Assembly (NCBI GenBank): GCA_045837725.1
Contig: JBEWZL010000236.1
Location: 1 to 64,000, forward strand
DNA length: 64,000 nucleotides
From: Vermamoeba vermiformis
Lineage: Eukaryota
Direction of reading: 5' to 3'
Shown piece after piece: positions 34,661 to 46,223 of the stretch. Below the pieces are notes generated by a model, which saw nothing but the letters and a program-made list of their open reading frames with translations, searched no databases and had not been told where the DNA came from. A program made the position numbers and the translations under genes. Each line of letters starts with the position of its first letter. The stretch's first letter is position 1.

Positions 34661-35857
34661 ATGGTATGTCGTGCGACCTTACTACTCCAAACCTTCTAAA
34701 GATTTTATAGCCACGCTTTGCTGCGTTGCTCATCGGGGTGTCTGCATTTGACGAACCTGATGTTTTCCCTCCTTTACCTGGCGTTACAAACGACTTAGAA
34801 ATTATGAAAACGTTGGAAGAATACGGATTTGAGGTGCAGTCGTATTTGAATCTACCCAAGAAGCAAATCTTGCAGAAGATCGAAAACTATGACGGAGAAG
34901 TATTGGAAACCTTCGTACTCTACTTTAGTACCCATGGTACATCAAAGGGGAACATGGGGTACTTAATCCCACGAGATGCTCGGGGTGGAAAGAAAAACAA
35001 CGTCGTTCTAGACACCGCCATCTCAGCAACAGAAATCATGGATTCTCTTGCTGGCATTAAAGCAAAGCGAAAGCTTTTGCTTTTGGATACTTGTCATTCT
35101 GGTGGCTTTTTTAAACTCAAGAACATTTCCAAGGCTCCCAACCAACTGGGTAAATCCGGATTAAATTCTTTCATCGAGCGAGCCAGCGAGCAGAATTTCG
35201 GGCAAGGAAGAGGATTGGCCGTAATTTCTGCGGCGCGCAACGGCGAGGCCGCAGTTTGCGAAGACGATGGCAGCGTTTTCACGAAGAGATTCGTCGAGAC
35301 ACTCCGTTCAATTCCAAAAGATCAGATCATGCTCTTCACCCTAGTAAAAAAGCTACAAAAGGCTATGGAGAATGATGCACATATGCCAGTATTTAAGTGC
35401 GACAATGTCACCGAAGTCTACGCTTGGCTAATTGCCCGTAACCCAAACTTTGCTCAAATTACAGTGCAGGAGGAGCATAAGGAAGCAGCAGATGCTACTC
35501 CAACTGCACCAACATTAAAGCGAAAGCGCTCAGAATTTGAAGACAATGAGAAGCCTCCCCACAAAAAGAGCAAAACAGAGGCTGCGTAAGTGAATCCGCT
35601 GGACGAATTATTCTAATTATTTTGATAGTTGCTTGCACAAGAATGCCGTAACTAAGAAGTCTTATACTGAGCGTAATCCAGGAAAATACTTTCGTAAATG
35701 TCCAGATTGCAATCACTTTGAGTGGCGCTGCCCTGAATTGTCTGATAAATCAAAAGATCAGCTTAAGAGCTTGTGCCAAGAGATGAATCTTAAGCGAAGT
35801 GGTACGAAAGCCGAATTGCGCGATCGTATTCTTGTCTCTTACAAAAACGCGATGTAG
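34661..35857 (+). CDS. Caspase-family (peptidase C14, metacaspase/orthocaspase-like) protease fused to a GRF zinc finger and a SAP domain
   Basis: ATG-only first exon. Protease motifs ALLIGV, LPGVTND, YFSTHG and LLLDTCHSG. NLS KRKR-x11-KKSK. A 43-nt GT-AG intron (35586-35628) splices in frame to CLH..NPGKYFRKCPDCNHFEW (GRF) and QLKSLCQEMNLKRSGTKAELRDRI (SAP). Confidence 0.85.
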
Positions 35858-36013
35858 TCTTAAGTGACTACTGCAATTCTGTTGTTTAACAAGATTTTTA
35901 ACTTATATACAACCACGTGTCACCGTGAAATTAATTAAACAAAAAGAGCAGTCGCGGCACTCAGACCCCGATTAAATATGACTGATGTATCTATTCTCAG
36001 AGTGGCTCGTGCA

Positions 36014-37270
36014 TTAATTGAACGCGAGTTCTTCTTCGAGTGCCTTGAAATCAGCCTCTTCTTCAGCTTGTTGCTTTGATCTTTGCGCGGGTTGGGCTTG
36101 AGGCACCTTCAAGTCGGGCACTAGCGCGATGTTATTAGTCATGTAATTCAACGAGCAACACTGGCGAGTACTTACATTGTGCGGCACGAGCGTCCAATTG
36201 CGAGAGCTCGGCATCGAGTTTCTCTTGTTCCAATGCGTCTAACTCAGCATTCAACTCGTCCTGTTGCACAAATACACGTTAGTAACACGCTTTAAAATCG
36301 TGCATCGGATTTTTGAGTTAAATTTATGCTTGGATCGCATGAAAGACGCGATACATTCGAGCATGTAAATTGGTTGAATAATTGTAAGGCTATAGCAGCC
36401 CATAGTGCTACTCAAGTGTATTAATACTAGCACGTACCTCATCGAAATCAGCGCCAAGAGGTTGAGCAATAGCGTTGCCGATCTCGTCAGCAATGTCCAT
36501 TTGTTCGCGAATGTCTTCCATTGTGTCTTCAACATCTTCAATTGTCGTGCGAAGGAATTAAGGAATATAAAGCGGTGGTAATAATAATGAATTAATTAAT
36601 CAGATTAGAAAATTTCAAGATCGCCCTCGAAATTGAAAACAAAAATTAAAATGGCAAGTAAAGATAGTATAAGAAGGATATATTGTTCTGCTAATGTTCT
36701 TCAATGCATTGGCACCAGTCTTCATCGCGTCCAAAGCGGCATAATTCGTGGTTGCATTTTCAATTGTCATAATCTGAACTTCAATGGTCATTCTGGCTCC
36801 TGATAATTTTTCGACTTGTCCTTCGTATATTTTTTTCCTCTTAAGAGCCATCAAAGCCGCTAATAATTGAAAACATGAGTATTAGTCTTGCAACACGGAT
36901 TAACGAGGCACTTCTTAATTTTCCAAAAAACGGTAAGAACAGCGGTTAGTAAATTTATTACAGCCGTAATATTATATACCAGGCCCGAATAATGCATTGT
37001 CGCTATAATGAAGAGAAATCGATGGAAAATTTGCGAAAAATTGAAATTTTGCGAATCAGGACAATTTTAATTTGCTTCCAATATTAAATAATACGTACCT
37101 CGTCGGTTTTTAGACGATGCTAATTTTCTGGCTTGGTCTAATTCTGTAACAATTTTCTTTTCAAGGTATTTTTCTCGTTTTTCAAGCATATCCAACGTTT
37201 CTCGGAGCTTTTGAATGCTCTCCGAGGGAGGAGGAGCTTGCTTAGCTTTACCAAACAATTTGTTCATCAT
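36014..37270 (-). CDS. SNF7: ESCRT-III subunit Snf7/Vps32/CHMP4
   Basis: Motifs MNKLFGK..ESIQKLRETLDMLEKRE, ALMALKRKKIYE, MEDIREQMDIADEIGNAIAQPLG, and acidic C-terminus FKALEEELAFN. Confidence 0.93.
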
Positions 37271-37446
37271 GGGATAATATATATAATTATATACAGCTGT
37301 GTTAGACCTCTGGTGGTCGTTTAATTAAAAAGTTTGAAAAAAACTCTAGCCAAACAACAAACGAAGCACGTCAAAACGAACACAAAAGAAGACTACTAGT
37401 TTATAAGACTAGTTAGAAGCATATTTGCCACTTTTGTATTCTCCAG

Positions 37447-39270
37447 ATGGAAAAGCAGAAGCAAAATCTGGCAGAATCCAATGGCGAAAGGGTGCAATGC
37501 TCAATATGCACAAAGCCATTTGTACGGCCGTCAGAAAAAAAATCGGTGGTTGGTCCTTCGTGTATGCAGTAATTTTAAGTCGGCATTATAATTTACAATT
37601 AATTTTTGCGTCGGATCATGTATTCTTTTGGAAATTTGAACTAACAATGCGCCTAAACGTGCAAAATATTCAAAAATAAATATACTAATGATATATTGCT
37701 TGTTCTATAGCACCCTCGGTCTTGAAAAAGGGCATGAAGAAGTCTGGATCTGAAGCTTTTGTTCTCATTGACACCTCGACGGACCCGCAGAAAATTGACC
37801 TTAAACAATGCTATAAGACAGGTACGAGATATTGTATTGATATTTTTTAGCTAATTAGTTTTCGCAGGTGACTGGCAAGGACACACCAATGCGAAGATCG
37901 AGTTCATTGATCGGCTGGACCACTTAGTCGCAGCAAAACAGACCGAATGCTTATGTCACGATTGTTTGCATTTATTAGTGCACGCACTTGATGCTGAGAG
38001 CGATTATTTGGAGAATCAGATCAGCTCCTATTCAAAGTCCAACCAGATCTTGCAAAATGAAGAGATTATAGATACTGACTTTAGTACTGCCGATGCCTCG
38101 AATGAGGTACTATTATATACTGCCTATTATATCAAAATTTAGCTAATAAGAATTAAATAGTTGGTGGATGCACTCTCGGCAGAGTTGCGCGAATTAATTT
38201 TAGAGCACGAGACCGTGCAGAATCAATTGAACGAAGTAGATGATGAGTCCAATCAACTACAGCTGCAATTAGATGCGTATGTGGCTGCAATACTAATTGA
38301 CTAGGTAATTCTAATGACTTTTTATTGTTGGATGTAGCTATTGGAACGATTACAACGAGATGATGCGCGAGGTCGAAGAATATCAACAAGAGATAGATGG
38401 CCATAGTGTTAAAATAGAAGACATGCAGCAAGAGATCTCGCTGCTCAAGACCAAGCACGTGTACCAAGAAGTATTCAACATCAATCTCGAGGGTCCTATT
38501 GGCTCTATTAATGGCTTTAGAATGGGCAGTCTCACCAAAGAAAAAGTAAGAAATTCTTCGAAAGAAATTGTTCTCTACAACAGAATCGATTTGCTGATCT
38601 ACTTCCAACAGGTTGAGTGGCGAGAAATGAACGCTAGTTTTGGTCGTGCAGCACTGCTGTTGTGGCAGATGATTGAATTCACCAAGAAAACTGACGATCC
38701 AATCGTGTCGCAGTACCGCATCGTGCCGAAAGAGTCATTGTCTTATATTTGGGACAAGCCGAACAACAAAGAATATCCGCTGTAAGTCTATTTCTTGAAT
38801 TAATATGAGTGCTACTATAATGTTAACAACACGTACTTCAGATGCAATGAAGGCGAGTTTTCAGCGTGGTACTTGTTGTCCGACAGCAACTTCGATATTG
38901 CACTCTCGTTGTTGCTGCAGTGCCTGAAGAATGTGAGTGATTGGGCCTCGCGCAACGATCAAGTGAATGTGCCGCACAGGTACGTAGTGATAACCAATCG
39001 GATAATCAGTTCCGTCATCAAGTACTAACGCGTGACTCACAAGGGTGGAAAAAGATAAGATTTATACAATTATTGACGGAAAAGAAGAAGGGCTCTCGAT
39101 AAAATTTAGATCAAATTCGTATGGTAAGTGAATATATAAATCTTTGATTACGTCGGCTAACGGATTTGGTTCCGGCAGAGAAATGGACCGCGGCGTTGAA
39201 ATGCATGCTGGCAAATTTAAAGCACTTATTACTGTGGTTTGAAAAGAAAAACAAAATATCAACATCTTAA
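37447..39270 (+). CDS. ATG6: Beclin/Atg6/Vps30
   Basis: CxxC pairs and a coiled coil, then VYQEVFNI..GPIGSINGFRMG..VEWREMNASFGRAALLL, NFDIAL..LQCL and EKWTAALKCMLANLKHLL (BARA domain). Confidence 0.85.
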
Positions 39271-39949
39271 CTTATGTAAATACTTGTTGCTACCCATGTA
39301 AATAAACGACGGATGTACATAGTTAATTTACTGTGCTTTAAAAATTATTTTGTTGTGTATCTAATACAACAGATATTCTAAAACTGTCATACCGAAAGTC
39401 CGCCAATTTTTAAATAATTATTTGAATTTATTTAATGAAAATTGAAAGTGATGTTCATTATTTTAAATCAGTGGTAAAATATCCAAAGGAGTAATAAGCA
39501 CGGAATTAGTCTTACCTCATATAAATAATAGTGTTCTACGTGTTTGGTACGCTAGCAATCACATCCGCGCTGCGTTTTTAGAGATTGAAGTAAATGCGAT
39601 CAGATCTGAGGTATTATGTTAAGTGGTGGTGCTGCAACGGCAATGGGAGAATAAGAAAGAACACGCCAACGAGGGTACTGATATTACAACATAAAAGGAG
39701 AAACACAAACGGAACGCGAGATGTTTTTCTTCGCTGCTATCTGATTGGTCCAAAATTACGATGCATTTCCATTTTTAGAAGCGAGATTGGAATTTCGTGT
39801 AGAGCCCTGGTTGAGAGAAAGAGTACTTATTAATTTTTAGCTTTTCTTTTTCATTTTTTTCGCCCGAAGCAACAAAACAGGCGGACACAAAACGATCGTC
39901 AAACTGGATCGCTAACGAAATTTCAACTTGTTTATTTATTTGGTATCAC

Positions 39950-41253
39950 ATGGCTTTCTTGGGGTATGACGCGGATTTGTCGATCGGCTTTGGCGGCAAC
40001 AGTCTCGACGCTTGGTCGTTTTCAGGATTAAACGCTAGCGTTGAAATTGTTCCTCCACCGTACATCGATGTCCCTCAGCAAGTACCCCAGGAGTCTTCAG
40101 TCCCATCCTTCGCGGAGCTGAATTCATGGTTGGGCTACGAATCCTTCCTCAACTTGTCCAGTTCAGAAATAAATAATGATAAATTACACGAAACAACATC
40201 ACAACACGAACTGTAGTGTATCGATCCTATTTCCTAGAATTTCTCGATATTTTCTTCTCGCGATCCCGATCCGATCTAACCAATTTTTACTTGTAGAGGC
40301 TCACTCTCTGCCGTAAAAATCGAAGAAAATAACCAAATAATTAGTGAGACTACACAGATGTTATTATGTAACGAGCAACTTCCTCCTGAATCTGACGAGA
40401 TGGATTCTCAGCCTGTCAAGAGTGAGCCCGTTAAAGTCAAGTCAGAAGTACCATCAATCAAGCCTGAGCCGATCTGGCACGGTTACAGCAACAGTAATAG
40501 CATGTTTGCCGAGATGCTTAAAGAGCCGCTGTTTGTCAAAGGCGAATCCAATCCGGCCGTTAAGAGCGAGCAGATGGACCAATGTTCATCGGCCGCTGTT
40601 ACTACTTTCTCGCTCATCGAAGCCCTTAAGAGCTCTGATCCTAGTCTTTGTGACAAATGGAGCCAACAAGCGCAAGATCTTGTCTTTCCTAAGCTGGAGA
40701 TGTCGTTCCCTTCTAGCGATACCAAGTCGGTCTATTCGAACGAAGAAAGTTCGGTAGACACGAAGAAAGGTATTCTCAAAGAAGAGAAGATATCACGCAA
40801 GGATTTCCGCAACACTGTTGGTCGCGAGTTCTACCTCGATCTGATCTCGGGCTCGTTCTGCTACGACGAGTTGATCCAACTCTATCAACAGAAGTACCCT
40901 CAGTACGCGAAGAAGTTTACTAGAAACTTCTGCACTAAACTGCGCACTGGCCGAATCATGAATGAGGTCACGCAGTTAGTGAAACGAAAGGTTAAAAATG
41001 GTGACGAAAAGATGCGCCGGATCTCGGTCAAGTCACCCAAGGGCAAGTACGAGAAAATGACTGAACAATTGGTAAGTACATATGATTTATGCTTGTATGA
41101 CCGTTGAGCTAATCTTTGGTGCAGTTCTGGCAGATCGTCGAGTACGAGCGCCAACACAAAGGCATTAAGCAGTCAGAACTCGAAGCGCACTTCAATGTCA
41201 ACCGCACGACTTTGACGCGCTGGAAGAAAAACAAACTCGATGCAGCTGTTTAA
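39950..41253 (+). CDS. Putative transcription factor with acidic N-terminus and C-terminal helix-turn-helix (CENP-B/psq-like)
   Basis: The last exon reads FWQIVEYERQHKGIKQSELEAHFNVNRTTLTRWKKNK. It is preceded by a basic linker and a second helical module. The first intron donor is uncertain. Confidence 0.55.
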
Positions 41254-41656
41254 TTAAGTTTGAATGGTCGCATTGCGAGGGAGCCGATCAGTAAGATGAC
41301 CGGCTCCTATGTACAAATACCTTGTAAATAAATACCACCAACGAAATAACGCGATTATTTCGTGATTTTGAGACGAAGATATTTGCCCCGATATTCACCG
41401 CGGTAAAGCACGCACTGTGGGAAGATTTTCTTACGATCTGACAGGACCGAACACATGACAAGAGAAACACTGCCTTATGAGGCAAACCCACAAATATGCG
41501 CAATGTTTTTTCTTTTGGTTAACGTCGATGTCTTAATGTAATAAATAACTTGTTTCAAGCGTTGTAATTAACCCGACGATGTCGCTTCGCCGGTGGAAAA
41601 ATATCTAGTGATAATCCGCTTTTTATTTACATTTAGAATACATATTATACTTTTAA

Positions 41657-43156
41657 TTACATAAATGATAACGCGTTGTGACTAAGCAACTCGTCATGAT
41701 ATTCTTGTCCGCTAAACAAATCGAGGTCGATCTGGATCGAGCTAAAATTAGCGCTGTCCGAACTGAGCGACAGATCAGCCGATTGAGAATCAAAGTAAAT
41801 ATCTGGGTTACTCTGACTATCGGAGAGCTCAAGTTCGTGTAACAATTGTTGTGTTGCCGGACTAATGGGCTCAACGAGGGGTTGTGAATCGAAGCTCTCG
41901 TTGGTGTCTTGTGCGTAATGCAGATCTGACTCGCTCGGGAAACTTTGCGATTCCGAGGTGGGTTCCGCGCTTTCGTAAGAAAGACAGGGAGAGGCGCTCT
42001 CTTCCGAATGATAATAGTAGGGGGTTTGTTGGTGGTGCTCCGCGGTCTGAACTTGGTTGCCAGATCCACCCGTGTCAGAGTGAATTAAAAGCTGAATTTG
42101 ATAGATGACTGCTTCTGGAATTGCGCGCTTCGTTTTAGTAGGCTTAGATTGGCCTTCAAGGAGTCCTATTTAATTGAATGGCGTTATTTACTATTGATGC
42201 AATGTATTGCGCCTTAATTTAGAGGCAACATTTAATTTGAGAAAAACGAACCACAATTTGACGCGCAAATAATCTAAAAATATCTTTGCACGCCATACAT
42301 ATAATGGCGCGTTCTAGAAACACTAAAATAATACTTGATCCAATGCTACTGAAACATCTTTAATTTCAATGGCGGTTTTTCGGTTTCATTTTCTTGCGCG
42401 TTTATAGAAAACACAATAATTTCTAAAAATATTGCCGAACATTACGTACCTAATGCTGCTAATGCTTGGGCTTCGTTGTCGACGTCGCACAAGTACTCGA
42501 TCGGAATCTGTATGTTAAATTCTGCGGCCAACTTATTAAGAAAGCCCGAATTATCGAGCAGCAATCTATAGCCTAGTCGCTTGAAGCTAAGGCGGACTTC
42601 GAGGGGCAGTTCTTCGGTCATGAGCTGGCAGCCTTGACGTTGAAATTTTGTGAGGCTGGATCGTACGATCAGTTTTTGTGTTCCCAGATCGCGATTGAAA
42701 GTTTCGAATGATTTTACTTACCGCATCTTAGTGTCATTCTTGAGGTACTGTGCCATCTTCTCGGAGTGTACGCAGAAATAGCCGGCCCCAAAAACAAATC
42801 CGTTCGAGAAGAGATCGAGGATGAATTGACCGGTCAAACGATTGCTGTTGTGCTTGCTGAATACATCAGACGTCGTGTGCTATATAGAAATAATATTAGA
42901 CGTTGCTCGGAGTCAATAGAGGGTCTTGTAAGCGTAATTAAGAACGCGGATCTGACAGATCCCGCCCGATAAGGAAAAAAAATTTAAACCGAGACTTGAA
43001 AACAAAGATGATTTGCAACATAATACGAATAAACACATCGATTTCGAGTATCAATGCTATTTCATAACGGCAATAGGGGCGTACCCAGTCTCGGCGCGGC
43101 TGAATGACCTTTTTGGCCTTAGACGTGGTCTGAGTGGCGGCGGTTTGAGCGTGCAT
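41657..43156 (-). CDS. Hypothetical protein (folded N-terminal half, acidic Ser-rich C-terminus)
   Basis: Four exons with consensus GT-AG sites splice into one open frame: MHAQTAA..PRRDW-HTTSDVF..FGAGYFCVHS..KMR-LTKFQRQGC..ALAALG-LLEGQ..DLFSGQEYHDELLSHNALSFM*. No family recognised. Confidence 0.6.
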
Positions 43157-44517
43157 TGCGAGCAGTGCGAGGGTGTGGAAGCGAATAACTTGCTGCAGCG
43201 CCGCACCGCTATTTATGCATTACTGGCCCCCACTGACAAGCTCGACACTTGCTCATATATGGTCAACGCAACGACTAATTGGCCAATCAGCGCGCAGTAC
43301 GCGGTTGTAGACTGACCAGGGCGCGTCACACGTGGTGTATCACAGACCAATTAGTCAGTTTACAGAACCAAATCGAGAAGTGCAATAGTTATTTTCAGAA
43401 CTCGTCACATAAATTGGGAATATTTTGGAATTATTTCAACTCAAACTGCCGCTGATTGGCGCGTGGAGTTAATACGTGCTCCCATTTATGTGCTTCTAAT
43501 ATGATTTTCCTTATCGGGTGCAATTTAACCTCTGTAATTATTCCGCTTTCGAAGCGGTTTTCGGGCCGTAATTTGATTATGAAAAAACAGAAAAACGCCT
43601 TAATAATATCAGCGAGTTGATCCGCCTTAAATATCTCACATTATTGCCGCAAAAATTCCCAAAAACTGGCCAAAAAACCAGTTCTCGGCTTTGATTCGCC
43701 TGATCGTTCGTCGCACATTGCGCGCGTTATCAATCAGTCCCTATTCTCTTATTTGCCAGAAAACTGCTACGGAGTTAATTAATGCTAAATTTGTCACGTT
43801 GATTGCATACCGGCGAAACTATGCAAAGGAGAAATGCCTCGTGCAATGTAGACTTGAAATTGGAACCGAAATGTGCGCCTATTGACTGCGCGCTAGTAGC
43901 ATAGCGCGATAATATGATAAGAGGTATACCATTCACAATATATTCGCGCGTAATATAAATAAATGGGTCTGAAAATGTCTGACACGTTTGAAAAAGGAAA
44001 TGTTTAAACCGTGTCATTGATTCACGAATTGAAACTGTAAATTAAATTTTTCTGATGCTCGTATTAAACTGGTTCCTATTAGCATATAAAGGGCTTACCT
44101 TATTTCGCAAGCTGGGAGATTTCGCGAGATTTAAAATTCGTCAAATTTAAAGTGCTGAATTACGCTTCAAACTGCGTGCTTTGTGCCGTGCTTTCGAATA
44201 CCGCGCTGTATGAATCACATTGAGCTGCATTAATGCGATTTCACGTTCAATTATGACACGAGCGGGAAAACTTTTGAGCAGATCCACAAATAAATCGCAA
44301 GTTTAGTGTCCGGTGCTCCGATCTCTTCTGCATTGATTCAGAATTTATCTCGTCATTAAATTGCTGCTTATAATCATCAACTATCTGCAATAGTCCCTTG
44401 CCTAATTGAACCAAGGGCGGAGATCTCGTCGGTCTCTCAGCTCTTTTGAAACTCGGACTGTTAATTTACCAATGCTATAATTGTCATATATATCATCATA
44501 TATAGTTGCTGGTGCTA
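43157..44517. promoter_or_regulatory. Unusually long intergenic region with CCAAT and CACGTG motifs upstream of the 41657-43156 gene
   Basis: CCAATCAGC at about 43283, CACGTG at 43329, CCAATTAG at about 43347, CTGATTGGC at about 43452. No credible exons found. Confidence 0.4.
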
Positions 44518-45812
44518 TTATAGCTGTGACTTGCTTCGTTTAGTCCACAAACCGATCCACTCGCGGCCTTGTCTTGCTGTGAAACTTTTTTCAGCTGGTT
44601 TCAATTCTTGACAGACAAAACCGTGCGGTTCTAATAGCTCCCGGTACCTTGTAATTAGGATATTAGGCATATAGATATACTTGGGGCCTATTCGAAATTC
44701 GAACACAATTTCCGATCTGGATGCACAACAAAAAATCGACAAGCAGCAATGCTACTCACAATTCTGGTCTCATCGCAAAGGGTGGACCATGTTCACCTTC
44801 AGACCCGGTCAAGTCTACTGGGAATATTAAAGTCACCAGCAGGCCTGTTTCGGGTTTCAATAGCTTTGACATCTGCTTCGCCCACGGCACTCGCATCTGC
44901 GGCATCATTGCTGCTAAGAACCTTGTCACGATATTAATTATGCTATAATATAGAGGCCGAGAGCTATATTATTCACGTACGTATAATCGTAGATAAAGTC
45001 GAACTGGCCAGGTAGATTTAGTTCGAAAAAGTCAGCTACCATAATCTCCGCTCTGTCAGCTGGTAGTCCTTTTGACTTTAAATACTGCACGAAAATATAA
45101 TTAAGCATATATAATTTTATATACCTGAAATTTTTACCTCGCGGGCCACGCCTGCTGCCGTCTCTGAAAGCTCAATCCCGAGAACCGAACGTGTTGGACT
45201 TGCCAACGTGACTAAATCATATCCCTAGCATATGGCATTAATATATTAACGATGATATGCTACTTTTCGGGTAAGAAGGACTTACAGTGCCACATCCAGG
45301 CACGAGAGCTTTGCCTTCAGGAATTCTATTCTTTTCCAATAATTCTACCAGTGCCGGCGCTGATTTTCCAGCGTCCCAAGGTTTAATACCCTTCTTCCAT
45401 GCCTCTTCCCAGCCTGTAGCAAGGAGATTAGGGCGAAAGACCATTTGTACGGTCAAAAATTGCAGAAGGATTATGCATCCGAAATATAGGAGAGTTTCAT
45501 GCGCAGCAATTTGAATAATATGAATAAGGGTGATCATTAATGTACCCTCGGAGCTACAAGACTCACGGACAATAAATATTAAAGATTAATTTGTTAAAAA
45601 TTAAAAATTAATAACGGCTATTACCTAGCTTATGGTCTTTCTTCACAATTTCTGACAACACATTCCTGGCAGCATGGAGTTTTTCTTCGTTGGATGTCGG
45701 CTTTTTACCGGAATTATGCCTGATCTAAAAACCAAAAGTAGATTAGTTTTCGAAAGCTGATCGTCAAAAGAATTCTATGCTTGGTTACCTGCGTCAGAGT
45801 GATATTTTCCAT
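44518..45812 (-). CDS. SAM-dependent thiol/halide methyltransferase (TPMT/HOL family)
   Basis: Motifs GWEEAW..PWDAGKSAPAL, KALVPGCGTGYD, ADFF, FDFIYDY.FLAAM, GLLVTLIFP, GPPF and RQGREW. Confidence 0.88.
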
Positions 45813-46223
45813 ACTACGGGCCGTATTGTTGCAAATATTTGCCCTTTGAAGAAGGGCTGTGGTCTTTCGAAACAACATTTATTGAAATTGAATGGGATGT
45901 CACTTTTCGAACTCGACTAGTTGGTGTCCATCGAGGGCGATTATGTGTTGCAACGCAAAAATAAACTAAAAAAATGATTTGTGGTAACAAAATCATCCCT
46001 CTCTGTGCAATAAAAGACCGTTAATGGCAAAAGTCATACTCTTGTGATTCATTGTTGAAAATGTTTGAAACACCTCCGGTATCTTCCTCGCTTTCTTGAT
46101 TCTCCGCGCACTATTACTATTATATACATTATCCTTATTTCGATAATACCCTTTGAAGCTCAGTTTATTTTATTTCAAGCATCCAGACGTTTACGCGATC
46201 TGATCGGGATCTGCCCTGCAATT

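Noticed and set aside
35633-35857. Stand-alone small GRF-SAP gene
   Set aside because: It has no ATG start (TTG only) and an in-phase intron links it to the upstream protease.
11705-35857. Endogenous giant virus or bacterial contaminant (DNA MTase, minimal ligase, UNG, DUF4326, caspase-like)
   Set aside because: All of these genes have host-type spliceosomal introns and are interleaved with housekeeping genes. There is no capsid, packaging ATPase, polymerase or obvious compositional break.
39950-41253. Pogo/Tc5 transposon suggested by the CENP-B-like HTH
   Set aside because: No DDE domain, terminal inverted repeats or target-site duplication is visible, and the HTH is C-terminal.
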